Assembly: GCA_048013815.1 (NCBI GenBank)
Contig: CM106585.1
Span: forward strand, 20,770,001-20,834,000
Direction: 5' to 3'
Source: Setoptus koraiensis
Lineage: Eukaryota > Animalia > Arthropoda
Length of the DNA: 64,000 nucleotides
Part shown: piece after piece, positions 52,513 through 63,224 of the stretch
How positions within the stretch are numbered: the first letter of the stretch is position 1
How the letters are laid out: each line of letters starts with the position of its first letter
Made by a program: the position numbers and the translations under genes
The notes under the pieces: model-generated
Seen by the model: the letters and a program-made list of their open reading frames with translations, nothing else
What the model was told of the DNA's origin: nothing
The model's database searches: none

Positions 52513-52626
52513 TAGGAGATGCAACAATATCACAACTAAAAAAATAATAATTTGATAGACAATAATACAATCTTATACATCAATTTATCAATTTACAGTC
52601 AAATGTTAACAAACAAACACAAAAAA

Positions 52627-54222
52627 TCATCTCGTCCTTTTGTCATTGAGAATCTTGTACTCCTCAGCTATACTTAATTCCGCATCTTTCAAGGCAATGG
52701 CAACTGGTTTCAATATATTGGGCACATTGTCCCCATCGATTTCATCTTCCTCGATCAATTTAATATTTATGAAGGACTCGATATTCTTCATTAGCTCAAT
52801 GTCGTATTGTGTCACAAACAATATTGATTTGCCGTAAAATTTAGAAACAGCTTTAGACAGCTGATGGCTTTTTTTCTTTGTGGAATCTTTGCCTTTGTCG
52901 TCTTCGTTGGATTCTTTGGCATCTCTCACTACTTTGATATTGGCTCTCATTTTCTCTATGGCGTCTATTCTTGCAAAATCTATTTTACGACAAGTTCTTC
53001 CTACCCTGTGAACATAGTCCACCGCACTCACAGGGCAATTGTAATTTATAACCAGATCCACCTGAGGCAAATCTAAACCACGACCTGCCAAACCTCCTGT
53101 AGCTACAAGAATTCTGGATCTCAATGATTTGAATGATTCCAAAGCTTTTAGGCGCTCTTTTTGATCTTTGTTGCTTATGAGAAGAACAGGATGACAGTTT
53201 GCGTCCTCATCATCAAAACCCAGATTGACCATAACTCTATGCAATAGTTTTGCTTGTCTACCAGAGCCACAAAATACTATTACTTGCTTAAATGACAAGT
53301 CTGAAAGTGCCTGTATGAGGTATGCGGGCTTCACTGATTCCGGACATAAAACGTAACGTTGATCGAGGTTGGGATTTTGAGAGATTTCCATTTTCATCTC
53401 TTCCATTGTAGGTAGTAGATCGATGGTAACTGGCTCTAAAGACTCGTCATTTGAGCCACTGAACAATTGTTTGAGTGATTCCAGAGCGGAAGTTAGTGTT
53501 GCGCTCAAAACTAATGTCTGTCGCTGTGGAGTATCTGGGGTAGAGGAGCACTCATCTATAATTTCTAGAATATCTCTGAGTGCATTAGCAAAACTAGGTC
53601 CAATGAGGAGATCGGCTTCATCTAAAACTAAAAAGTCAAATTTTAACGAAGATTTTTGTCCACAATGATCGAGCTGGTGTCGGTTATTCAATTGATCTAG
53701 GAGACGCCCAGGAGTGGCGACTACTATATTTGGTTTACCGTGCCAGAGTCCTTGCCTCTCCGACTCGCTGAGAGCTAATCCATTTTTGCCTCCGCCAATC
53801 ATTAGGAGGGTTTTGATCATAGTTGGACTATTGTTCTTTGCAGAGCCTGTGAGAACGCGAATAATTTCATTTATTTGATAGGCCAATTCTCGAGTGGGGG
53901 CCAAAATAAGTGCAAAATAGGGCCTGATATCTTGAGATAGAAAGTGTAATATTGGCAATACATAGGCTAGTGTTTTTCCTGTACCCGTTGGACTGCAAGC
54001 GAAAACATTGCGACGAATTCTCTTGCCATTTGGAGCAATTATGGATGATAAAATCAATTGTTGTACCGGACTGGCCCTATCAATATTAAGCGAATCTAGA
54101 TTTTTCTTGAGCCACGGGCTGAGACCTGATTCACAAAATCTATTCCATTTCTGAGCAGTTTCTCGGTGGGACGTTTTGATTTTTTTGTTGACACTTCGCT
54201 CTTTCGAAGAGAATATCTCCAT
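52627..54222 (-). CDS. DDX49: DEAD-box RNA helicase DDX49/Dbp8, 531 aa, intronless
   Basis: Motifs SPTGTGKT, PTRELA, TPGRL, LVLDEAD, SAT and HRVGRTCR are present. DDX49-type segments LAYVLPILHFLSQD, YFALILAPTRELAYQI, QRYVLCP..VKPAYL and FVTQYDIEL..IE distinguish it from DDX47. Confidence 0.88.
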   Translation of the reverse strand: MEIFSSKERSVNKKIKTSHRETAQKWNRFCESGLSPWLKKNLDSLNIDRASPVQQLILSSIIAPNGKRIRRNVFACSPTGTGKTLAYVLPILHFLSQDIRPYFALILAPTRELAYQINEIIRVLTGSAKNNSPTMIKTLLMIGGGKNGLALSESERQGLWHGKPNIVVATPGRLLDQLNNRHQLDHCGQKSSLKFDFLVLDEADLLIGPSFANALRDILEIIDECSSTPDTPQRQTLVLSATLTSALESLKQLFSGSNDESLEPVTIDLLPTMEEMKMEISQNPNLDQRYVLCPESVKPAYLIQALSDLSFKQVIVFCGSGRQAKLLHRVMVNLGFDDEDANCHPVLLISNKDQKERLKALESFKSLRSRILVATGGLAGRGLDLPQVDLVINYNCPVSAVDYVHRVGRTCRKIDFARIDAIEKMRANIKVVRDAKESNEDDKGKDSTKKKSHQLSKAVSKFYGKSILFVTQYDIELMKNIESFINIKLIEEDEIDGDNVPNILKPVAIALKDAELSIAEEYKILNDKRTR

Positions 54223-54817
54223 TTTCGTCGTTCAATAGCTTTGTTTACTAGTCACCGTATCCAATAATGAATAATGAGGCCCACGTGAATTGTTGTTTGT
54301 TGCGGCATGGCTAGAATGCAGTCTGTTTTTAGCTTGACTCCTTTGTTTTTCGTCGCATAACACTCCCGCCCCTCTCCCTCCGCCTCCCACCAACTCCCAG
54401 TTGACCTCCCATTTCCCGTTTTACGAGCAGGAAAAATCTCGACCTCCCATCAAGGAAAAAACTTTGATTGACAGATGCATTCGATCTGGAAGATGTTCTA
54501 TGAATTCTTTCGTGGAAAGGATTCCTTAATCGATTCACAATCTCATTACAACTTAATTAAATGCGCGTTGCACGTGGCGGGAGGTTGGAGGCGTGACGTG
54601 GGACGAGTCTCTCCCCCGATCACTAATCATTTGCACATGTTTGAATATTGCGCGACGCACATGGACTAGATTTAACTTTGCAACTAGTCACCCATGTTTT
54701 TATGGTCTATGTCTTCTACTTATACATTTGGAAACTCAACACGGGTCTACTATTATTTGAATACTTATACCCATTAGAACCCTCTGTGCTAGACCTCAAA
54801 TTCTATCACTAAGCAAC
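54223..54817. promoter_or_regulatory. Probable bidirectional promoter between DDX49 and Tim13
   Basis: Divergent start codons 595 nt apart. CACGTG E-boxes at 54282 and 54571. CTCCCGCC at 54363 and its reverse complement GGCGGGAG at 54576. Confidence 0.6.
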
Positions 54818-55087
54818 ATGGACATATCCGCCCTATCAAATTTGAGTGTCAGCGAAAAGGAAGACCTCAAGAGACAGCTAAAGAACGAGTTGCTGGCCGC
54901 CAGTTTACGCGAACTAATAACCGAAATGTCGGACAAATGTTTCGACAAATGTATCTCCAAACCGGGATCCAGCTTAGACTCTTACGAGCAGAGATGTTTA
55001 GGGAACTGTATGGATCGATTCATTGATTCGTGGAATACCGTTTCTAAAGTGTACGCCGCCAAACTCGGACCCTCTTCACCACAATAG
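54818..55087 (+). CDS. TIMM13: Mitochondrial intermembrane-space small Tim chaperone Tim13, 89 aa
   Basis: Twin CX3C motif (CFDKC ... CLGNC). MSDKCFDKCISKPGSSLD..EQRC...CMDRFIDSWNTVSKVY matches Tim13 better than Tim8. Confidence 0.92.
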   Translation: MDISALSNLSVSEKEDLKRQLKNELLAASLRELITEMSDKCFDKCISKPGSSLDSYEQRCLGNCMDRFIDSWNTVSKVYAAKLGPSSPQ

Positions 55088-55123
55088 ATTCAAACTTTTT
55101 CTATTTAGTTACTAGATTGTCAA

Positions 55124-55129
55124 AATAAA
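55124..55129 (+). terminator. Polyadenylation signal for Tim13
   Basis: AATAAA 37 nt after the stop codon, in AT-rich context. Confidence 0.5.
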
Positions 55130-55510
55130 ATATTATTAAAGATAAACGAATGACCGCATTATCATTCTTTGCTAGGTTTGGTCATCTCTATGATGAATGG
55201 ATCGAACCAATCAAAGAGGTCGTCGTAAACTCTACGCAAATTCCCTTCTCCAAAAACTCATGCTATCTTTCAAAAAATGCGCTTCGCCCCTAACCCGCAC
55301 ACATGGCCAATTGCCATGTTGGGATCTTGACTAATCAAAACTCGTGGTTGTCACCGGCGACTTGGACGCCACTAGACCGCATTAATTAATCAATTGTTAA
55401 TGAGCAATTAACATAACTACAAAACACACGCCAGTGTACCTCATCGTTTTTATCTATACTAAAATCTATTACTATAAATAAGTCGACATTTGAATTTTTC
55501 ATTCATTAAC

Positions 55511-57034
55511 ATGGCATCAACCACGTCATTTCAAGCACGTTTCGTTACGAAAGATACACGAATATCACTTGGAGAACCTACGGTGGAATTGGATAGCTCA
55601 GTGAACGTCGATAATTTAAACAGTATCGTTAGAGCATTGGTTAAGGTCGCCAATAATATTAGCGACGATGTGAAATCAGGCATCGAATTAAATACTTTTG
55701 AGTTCATTATTGGAGGTAGACTATTACGTCAATCAATTGATCAGCATCTCGAAACCTACGCGGATGACATAAATGTGGATGAGGTGCTAAGCGAAAAACT
55801 TCTAGATATTGAGTACTTCATTGCAACTATTACCCCAAAACCAATAGATGCTATCGTTAACGACGATTGGGTTAGTTGTGTGGCGTCTAATGATTCCTAT
55901 GTAATTTGTGGCTGTTATGATAATTCCCTACACATTTGGTCTCTAAATAATCTAAAGAATTACGTCAAGAAGAACAAAGAACAAGGTCTACCAAAGTCCT
56001 ATGAGATTCTAGACATCAAAGATGCTCATGCGGCTCCAATAAGCGATGTCAAGTGGCTACCGACGACAAGAACTGATCTGTCCATAGCAGACTTCAGTCC
56101 CGATGAGGACTATCTATTTATTTCCTGTGGTCATGATGAAGTATCCACCATAAGAAAATGGTCTCCTCAAACGAAAGACATTACTATCGTAGCTGTATTA
56201 AAGGGACATACACGAAGCGTGAACTGCGTTGACTTCTGTAACGATCTCATAGCAACAGGTAGTTACGACCAAACTTTGCGTATATGGTCTCTAGATATGA
56301 CCCATGGTATTAGAAATGACGATGATCCACAAGATAGTGGCGCTGTTGATTGCGGTGATAGTACAGCAAATGAGGCAGAAGCAACCGAAACCAAGGAAAC
56401 AAGTCCACAGAAAAGCAAACGTCAGGTGGGTGCGAAATCGAAGAAACTAAAAACAAAACCTGGCCTGGAATCATCGTCTCAGCCTACAAGAGTACCCATA
56501 ATGACTCTAACCGGACATCAAGAATCGATCACAGGAGTCAGATGGTTGAATTCCCACGTACATGAAGGATCGGAAGAGAACTTGGTAACTTGTAGTATGG
56601 ACAACACTATGTGCATATGGGATATTGAAGTTGGAGCTTGTAAGCGGAAGTTGGTATCATCAAAGCCGATGTTAGACATAGATTACAACCCTCATACTAA
56701 GCTGTTTGTAACTTCATCTTGTGATCGACATATAAGGCTGTGGGATGCAAGAGCACCAGCCACAGCGGACACTGTCTCTACCGTTAAAGCAGCATTCACC
56801 TCTCATAATGCTTGGGTTTCCTGTGTCGCCTTCAGCAAGGAATCCAGTAACTCGAATCTATTCATATCTGGTGGATATGATAATTTGGTAAAGCAGTGGG
56901 ATATAAGGTCACCGAAGGCCTCATTGTTCGATCTCATAGGACACCACGACCGGGTATTGAGCCTAGATTGGTCTAACAAAGATTTTATACTAAGCGGCTC
57001 GGCCGACAACAATGTGAAAATATTTGGTTGTTAG
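55511..57034 (+). CDS. WDR12: Ribosome biogenesis protein WDR12/Ytm1 (PeBoW complex), 507 aa, intronless
   Basis: First ATG at 55511 (the ORF track starts at an upstream TTG). N-terminal NLE/UBL domain (FQARFVTK ... FEFIIGGRLLRQSIDQHL ... EKLLDIEY), then WD40 repeats with Ytm1-type segments DDWVSCV, LKGHTRSV, HIRLWDAR, HNAWVSCV, VKQWDIRS and LIGHHDRVLSLDW. Confidence 0.92.
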   Translation: MASTTSFQARFVTKDTRISLGEPTVELDSSVNVDNLNSIVRALVKVANNISDDVKSGIELNTFEFIIGGRLLRQSIDQHLETYADDINVDEVLSEKLLDIEYFIATITPKPIDAIVNDDWVSCVASNDSYVICGCYDNSLHIWSLNNLKNYVKKNKEQGLPKSYEILDIKDAHAAPISDVKWLPTTRTDLSIADFSPDEDYLFISCGHDEVSTIRKWSPQTKDITIVAVLKGHTRSVNCVDFCNDLIATGSYDQTLRIWSLDMTHGIRNDDDPQDSGAVDCGDSTANEAEATETKETSPQKSKRQVGAKSKKLKTKPGLESSSQPTRVPIMTLTGHQESITGVRWLNSHVHEGSEENLVTCSMDNTMCIWDIEVGACKRKLVSSKPMLDIDYNPHTKLFVTSSCDRHIRLWDARAPATADTVSTVKAAFTSHNAWVSCVAFSKESSNSNLFISGGYDNLVKQWDIRSPKASLFDLIGHHDRVLSLDWSNKDFILSGSADNNVKIFGC

Positions 57035-58875
57035 CTATTAAAAGTAGGGCTGGCTGCCTAACGAGTCTAATCAATTTGTTCTTCTTCGAACGAAACAAAT
57101 CTCGTTGAAGTTGTTTCAACTCTAAATTGAAACAAGCACGAAGCTGACTTCTAAGAAATCAATGCCACTGCATGATCAAATGAAAGCAAAAGTTACAGAC
57201 GATAAAGCCGTTAGCGCACGAGGGATGGCTCTTGTTAAGTTTTGCAATTTGATCCTCTAAATGAAGCTTAAAATATAAAAGTGCAAGTAATAAGTTATAA
57301 TAATAATGTTGTTCATCCGATGTGTATCGTTTTGGGTCGAGTGGCTGTCGACGATACTGCCAGGGCACGCTATCAAGATTGCAGATATTACGTGAATACT
57401 TTTTGATTCTGCTTTGTTGTCCAACCACGAGGAGTCCCGGATCTTAAATTTGGACTCCATGGCATGGCCCAAGAGAAAGAGTTTGGACCTTTAACCTCTC
57501 TAATTATATTTCATCTACCTGATTGATGTCAGACGAGTTACAACCTTGTGAGCACGTTTGCATTAACGTTTGAATAAGCTCGAGGCTCGACTCGAGCCAT
57601 CCACCCGATTGTTTTCCAGAATCATCTGGCTTCACAAGTCAGTCAGTGTGATGTTGTTGTTGTTGAAGATACAGATGTTGTAGATGTAAATGTAGATATA
57701 TCTCGTCAGCCCGCACGAGTTGCCTATAGTTGAAATGAAACCAGAGAGTGCGCTCATGATAACTCTGAGATGCACTGTTTACAAGCGAGTGTTTCGTATA
57801 AATGTTTCCATTTGCATGATTCAATTAATTTAGTGCGTTTTGAGTCATGATGAGAAAGCACAACTGACGAAGCAGTTTTGTGAGCTAGCTCTGCATTAGA
57901 GCTCTCAACGCGCGAAAGCTTGCTATCAAACTTATTCGGTGCCTATATACTGCGATCAGTAGCAAACTCAGGTTTGTATAACGATATCAATAAGCGCCCC
58001 CTGCTGTATTTTGTTACAATCTCCAATGTGTGTCCACTAGCCAGTTTGCAGAGAGTACAATGAAAGAGAGCTGAACAGTTTTGTATTGTACACTGATAGG
58101 ATATATGTGTGCTTAGTGTTCAAACAAGAATAGTCTAAATCAAAATACTGACTGTTGCAAAACACAAGTACGACAATAACACACAAGCAAGCAAGAAATC
58201 CGCTCACAAGTTATTCATGCATTGTGAGTGCACTGCTACCATCGCTGTGTGTGTGTGTGTGTGTTGTTGACTGCAAACTGCACAATGTTAACTGCAGTTA
58301 TTGTGAGTGCACTGCACAGTCAATTGAATGTGTGTCTCTCTTTCTCTGTGTCTCTCTCCCTCTCCCCCTCTCTCTCTGTGTTTGGTGTTTGCCTATCACT
58401 TTATAATATTATTTTTGCTTCGACAATACAAAGCCAGTGAATATATAGGATAGAGTAAATTCCATACTATTCTAGTATAAAATATATATTAAAAAAAAAG
58501 ACAAAACCGTTTCTATACTAACGCAATAAATAAATACAATCCTTGTCTATGTAATTTATTATTGATTCATCACAATTTACTTCGTATATTTATTAATGGT
58601 GAACGTTACCATTTTCTAACAATGCACATTCTATAGCCAGCGCCAGTGTAGTATTAAATAGTGTAAAATAATAGTTATTATTGCAACTCTCCATGATACT
58701 ATTTGTCCATACGGAGAACACCACACACAGATCATACAATTATTAACAGTAGAACTCGTCGAGAGACACACAACAAAAGGAATTATTATTATAATTATTA
58801 TAAATATTATTATTGTTGATTTGGTATCCAATCATATAAATACTCAGTATAAATCCATGATAAATCATCAACAAC

Positions 58876-61575
58876 ATGTCGTCTAACGCCATAGGACAGA
58901 GGCCAAAAGAAAGAACGGCTCGGACGCCCAAGACCAAGAATAGAACACACCCTAGATTAGAGAAGTTCGTTAAGGATTTTCTGTTGCGTCCAGCACCTTC
59001 AGCATCTCCATGCAAACAATTAATAGATAATAATACTAACGATCACAATAGTACTAAAAATTCAAATGTAGAAGATGGCAAACAGCCCGATAAAAGCAAC
59101 GAAGCTTGCCAAATTAATAATAGTGACGCCACAAATCCCACTGATCATGCCACAATCAACTCTGATAGGAACACTAATAAAAATCTCCTAGGAGACCCAG
59201 CTCAATCGAACAACGCGTCAGCATCATCAACAGAGGCCAACAAATCCAACAACAATCAAACCAGACCTCCATCGCCACTGACCAATCAATGTCCCATATG
59301 TTTGGCCAATATCAAAACTGAAGATACATCCTTTACCAATACATGCTTTCATTCATTTTGCTATACATGCATAGACGAATGGACCAAAGTTAAAACTCAG
59401 TGCCCAGTGTGTCGTACTGACTTCACTAAAATCATTTATAAAGTTAAATCAGAAACTAACTATGAAGAAAAACCAGCTAGGGCACCGAGAAGACCGGAAA
59501 CACTGTTCTCTGGTCGCTCATTCATGGACAGTTTTCGTATTGAGTTGAGTGCTCCACAAGATCATCACACCGGAAACAGTTACCATTATTCAGTACAAGT
59601 GGCTAATCAGTTAGGCTTTCAGCAAACTCTCCTACAATCTATGTTGCATTATGAAGATCCTCGTGCTCATTCGAGCCATAGGTCTCGCAATACAGATCGT
59701 TATTCTGGAATATATTCACAAGCTCATCCAAACTCTACCAGTTCTGCTCAGCCAAGCCATCCATCTTCTAGCCGCGTAAACGCTTCAACAAACACACCTG
59801 CATCAAACAGTAGCGAAAGTAGACGTAGACATAGTTCCCGTGTCTCATCCATGCGAATGAGAGCCCATTCTAATGCACCAAATCAGGAGCCGAGATCGGA
59901 CAATCTTCATCTGAGTCGGGATCCAAGATTAGATAATCACAACTATTCTCAGATAGCTTTTAATAGACAAATGCGTGAGCGTATTGCAATATTGGAGGAC
60001 AATATGGTCGTGCCAGAATCATCGGCTAGACTAAGACACTATGCTAGGCATATCCAAACTACACCCTTCAGGCCTTGTCCTGGTCAGATGCACACCACGG
60101 GTTCCAACTCCAACGTCCGACGGAGTACTAGGTCTCGATCCCGAACACAGGCTTCTACGCAACATATTTGCACTCCAACCGACATTCTAAATAGTCGTCA
60201 ATCAAGTTTATCTGGCTTTGGTCAATCAAATGAATACAGTCATTCAGGGGAATCAAGGATAAATAATATGCTCGTACAACATTCGAGTTTATACACCGAC
60301 AGATTCAATGACTTTTATCAATTAGATGCCTCTTACGGTGAACGCAATCCTCTGCTACTGTCCAACCCAATTCTTCTGTCTCAGTTAACTGAGACCATTC
60401 CCCAGGACATGGTCAGTAGAGTACCTTACATAGAGCCATCTTCATCAGGATCTAGACCCAACGAACTTCATCCACCTTCGGCCCCGTTGGTCACGAGTTC
60501 TTCTATCAGCGGCAATCCGTCGGCATCGTTGCTATCAGCGATAACTCTAAATGGATTGCTTCACCCTCCATACAACAGAACCTCACCCTACATGCAGGGA
60601 CCAAACGATTTCACAACTCCTCCTCCCCTTGAAGATATCTCATTGAACATTCCTCCAATAGTGACACACAGGACTTCATCACGAGCCCCACCGCCACCAT
60701 TGTTGGATAGTCAGGACCAATTATCGACGCCTGCACACTCCTCGGAAACGAACCCGCGCAATCAAGCTCTCAACATGGCACATCAAAGGGTTAGATCATC
60801 TGACTACTCTCTAAATCATCCACAATTATTTCAGCAATCGGCTTCACCACCTTTTTTTCCGCCTTTCTCTTCCGAGAATTGGCGTGAACTTCTGGCCTCA
60901 CCCCAAAATTTTAATCAACCAGAACTTCCCATCATCCCATCAAGGATAGAGGAACCTAATTCCGTACGAGCTCATGATCGTCAGAGCACTCTAGATCGGC
61001 AGAATTCCTCGCGCCAACCGTGTTCTATCTGGTCAGGACCCCCTAGGATAGTGTCAAATAGATACAGATCTAATAAACGGCAAAGAACAAGCGTTGCATG
61101 TCGCCCCGTAGAATTTATCAATCTCTCAGGTAGTGAAGATGAAGATGACGCAAACGGTAGAAGAGAGCCCGAGCACCCCAGAAATGACACGGCCTCTCAT
61201 TCAGGATCGGGTGGATCCTACGTGCAATTAGATAATCCTCAACCTAGTACCAGCGGCACTCAAACAACTGAGAAACGAAATTCCAAACGAAAGAAGGTAA
61301 GTACTTCGTGCAGGAATGCTTCCAGTTCCCGGAATGTGTTTGGTGGTGAATCTAGCGGCAATTTACGCGCCGACAATATCGGATCTCGTTTATCGTCTCC
61401 AGAGAATGACTGTGATAATGAGTCATCTGACAATTGCCATCTTGTAAACAATTTAACGTTACCTAGAAATACAGAGAGTTACAATAGCGATGATAGTTCT
61501 GAGGTGGAAATTGTTGACTGCCTAAAACCCATTCCCGAAAGGGACCATGATGTCATAGACCTCGAAGATGATTGA
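58876..61575 (+). CDS. TOPORS: Topors-like RING-HC E3 ubiquitin/SUMO ligase, 899 aa, intronless
   Basis: RING CPICL...TCFHSFCYTCIDEWTKVKTQCPVCRTDFTKIIYKVKSETNYEE has Topors-type spacing and tail. A long Ser/Arg-rich disordered region follows. The C-terminal SEVEIVDCLKPIPERDHDVIDL resembles the Topors SIM-containing VIVG..KP..ERTPELVEL segment. Confidence 0.8.
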   Translation: MSSNAIGQRPKERTARTPKTKNRTHPRLEKFVKDFLLRPAPSASPCKQLIDNNTNDHNSTKNSNVEDGKQPDKSNEACQINNSDATNPTDHATINSDRNTNKNLLGDPAQSNNASASSTEANKSNNNQTRPPSPLTNQCPICLANIKTEDTSFTNTCFHSFCYTCIDEWTKVKTQCPVCRTDFTKIIYKVKSETNYEEKPARAPRRPETLFSGRSFMDSFRIELSAPQDHHTGNSYHYSVQVANQLGFQQTLLQSMLHYEDPRAHSSHRSRNTDRYSGIYSQAHPNSTSSAQPSHPSSSRVNASTNTPASNSSESRRRHSSRVSSMRMRAHSNAPNQEPRSDNLHLSRDPRLDNHNYSQIAFNRQMRERIAILEDNMVVPESSARLRHYARHIQTTPFRPCPGQMHTTGSNSNVRRSTRSRSRTQASTQHICTPTDILNSRQSSLSGFGQSNEYSHSGESRINNMLVQHSSLYTDRFNDFYQLDASYGERNPLLLSNPILLSQLTETIPQDMVSRVPYIEPSSSGSRPNELHPPSAPLVTSSSISGNPSASLLSAITLNGLLHPPYNRTSPYMQGPNDFTTPPPLEDISLNIPPIVTHRTSSRAPPPPLLDSQDQLSTPAHSSETNPRNQALNMAHQRVRSSDYSLNHPQLFQQSASPPFFPPFSSENWRELLASPQNFNQPELPIIPSRIEEPNSVRAHDRQSTLDRQNSSRQPCSIWSGPPRIVSNRYRSNKRQRTSVACRPVEFINLSGSEDEDDANGRREPEHPRNDTASHSGSGGSYVQLDNPQPSTSGTQTTEKRNSKRKKVSTSCRNASSSRNVFGGESSGNLRADNIGSRLSSPENDCDNESSDNCHLVNNLTLPRNTESYNSDDSSEVEIVDCLKPIPERDHDVIDLEDD

Positions 61576-61658
61576 ATAGGATAATATGTCACACTATTAA
61601 ATCAGTACTATTTTCTCAAGTATTGAATGTATTTATATTCGCAGGACAGAAATCAATT

Positions 61659-61664
61659 AATAAA
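61659..61664 (+). terminator. Polyadenylation signal for the Topors-like gene
   Basis: AATAAA about 85 nt after the stop codon, in AT-rich context. Confidence 0.45.
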
Positions 61665-62309
61665 CTTAAGGATATCACACATAATAGTATCAAATAATTT
61701 ATATAGTTCGATATAAGTTGCACCGATTAGTATTGATATCACAGCTAAACATTATGATTATTATACTTTAACAATAATTTATAGTGTTTGTTGCCAAATA
61801 GTATAATAATAAAATCATTATTTGTAAATACGGACAGTAATCCACGACTGTGGCTTCTGTCATGACCTATTATCGACCTGGACCCATTGACTTTTTGATG
61901 GACTTGTATTTACCCCGTGGCGGACTTTTCTGGCCGTCCGTTACAGATGAAAGCATGATTGGAGTTGTTAGACTTGATTTGCTGAGAAAATTTTCGGTTG
62001 GTAATCATATCCATAAATCGCTTGCTCAACGGATGTCATGTATCTTCGCTGTACTGACCGTTAGACATGCTTGATTGGCTACTTTGACAGGTGCACACGT
62101 TGTCCGATGATTTGCTGCACAAAATGGCGCTATAACGGTAACGGACCGAAATCGAAGCAACACCATATCTACCATAGTATTTCGAAGCAGTTTTTTGTGT
62201 GCACATCACTACCAGACTATCCTCAACACTACACTGTATTTGTCTGGATCTGGAGGAATGCCTTCATCATGGAGGCAACATGTATGCGCACCTCGAAGAT
62301 GGATGCTTC

Positions 62310-62587
62310 CTATCGATTCACCTGTTGAATGAATCGAATGGAAGCGCCCTCTTCATTTATGGCATCGAACTGGTCTAATGAGAAAAAAATCACTTGTCAA
62401 TAGAATCAGCCGATATTTTTCCAACAAATATGGCTATTTTTTGCAAAATTTACCCCATGTCACACACACCTGGCCTTTGTTTTGCAGAGGCATACACTGG
62501 CTAGCTGTTTTGTGGCAGCCAATCATGCACTTGTTGCTTGCAACAATAATCAAATCGAAGCCAGTCAGCCACACCGAACAACAACAG

Positions 62588-62649
<62 letters not shown>

Positions 62650-62657
62650 GCAACAGC

Positions 62658-62688
<31 letters not shown>

Positions 62689-63224
62689 GCAACGACAACA
62701 ACAACAGCAACAACAACAGCAAGAGACCGTTGATGGGAGTCGGCATCCAGCTTGCATATTTGCAAACAGTATAATGATGAATAAGAGAAAACGAAGAAGG
62801 ATTAGCTGATACAGTATTGAAATCAGTAAAAGTAGTAGCAGTAGTAGTGGCAGTGTTAGCATAATATTATCTGATGACATCTATTTAACATTAATAGAGA
62901 TCAAGTATGATCGCAATATAACAACGCAATAACTGGAATATTCAACGACAACAGCAACAACGACATCAACTTGACGATAGTCATACATGTGTAAAAAGGA
63001 AAGGGTGCCTTCTCTCTCACTCTAGGCAACAATCGGCATCTCCGAATGTTAATGTGTATAAATTAATTACTTTCGTCATCAACTTGACATGCAAGCATAA
63101 TCCTAAATTAGAAGGCAACAAAGAGAAGAAGAAGAAGACGAAGACGAAAGGAATAAAAGCAAGTCAAACAGAAACTTCTTTCCTCTTTTTACACTTACAA
63201 GCTCATGTTAACTATATGATCTAT
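62310..63224 (-). CDS. Possible 3' exons of a minus-strand gene extending beyond the window
   Basis: Three frame-consistent GT-AG exons (63224-63199, 63102-63071, 62374-62310) give IDHIVNMSLIMLACQVDDENQFDAINEEGASIRFIQQVNR*. The last two acceptors have strong pyrimidine tracts. No firm homology. Confidence 0.3.
62578..62722. repeat. (CAA)n microsatellite with CAG/CGA interruptions, about 48 triplets
   Basis: Read directly. It accounts for the poly-Q/T/L/V/C ORFs in all six frames. Confidence 0.97.

Noticed and set aside
55190-55260. ATGATGA C-box suggesting a C/D snoRNA (a similar motif occurs near 57848)
   Set aside because: No terminal CTGA D box at a suitable distance and no terminal stem.
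62190-62270. Possible SECIS element on the minus strand
   Set aside because: The apical AA and the 3' GA of the non-Watson-Crick quartet are not correctly placed, and no credible Sec-containing ORF lies upstream.
62378-62880. Poly-Q, poly-T, poly-C and poly-L ORFs
   Set aside because: All are translations of the (CAA)n microsatellite, with non-conserved-looking flanks.
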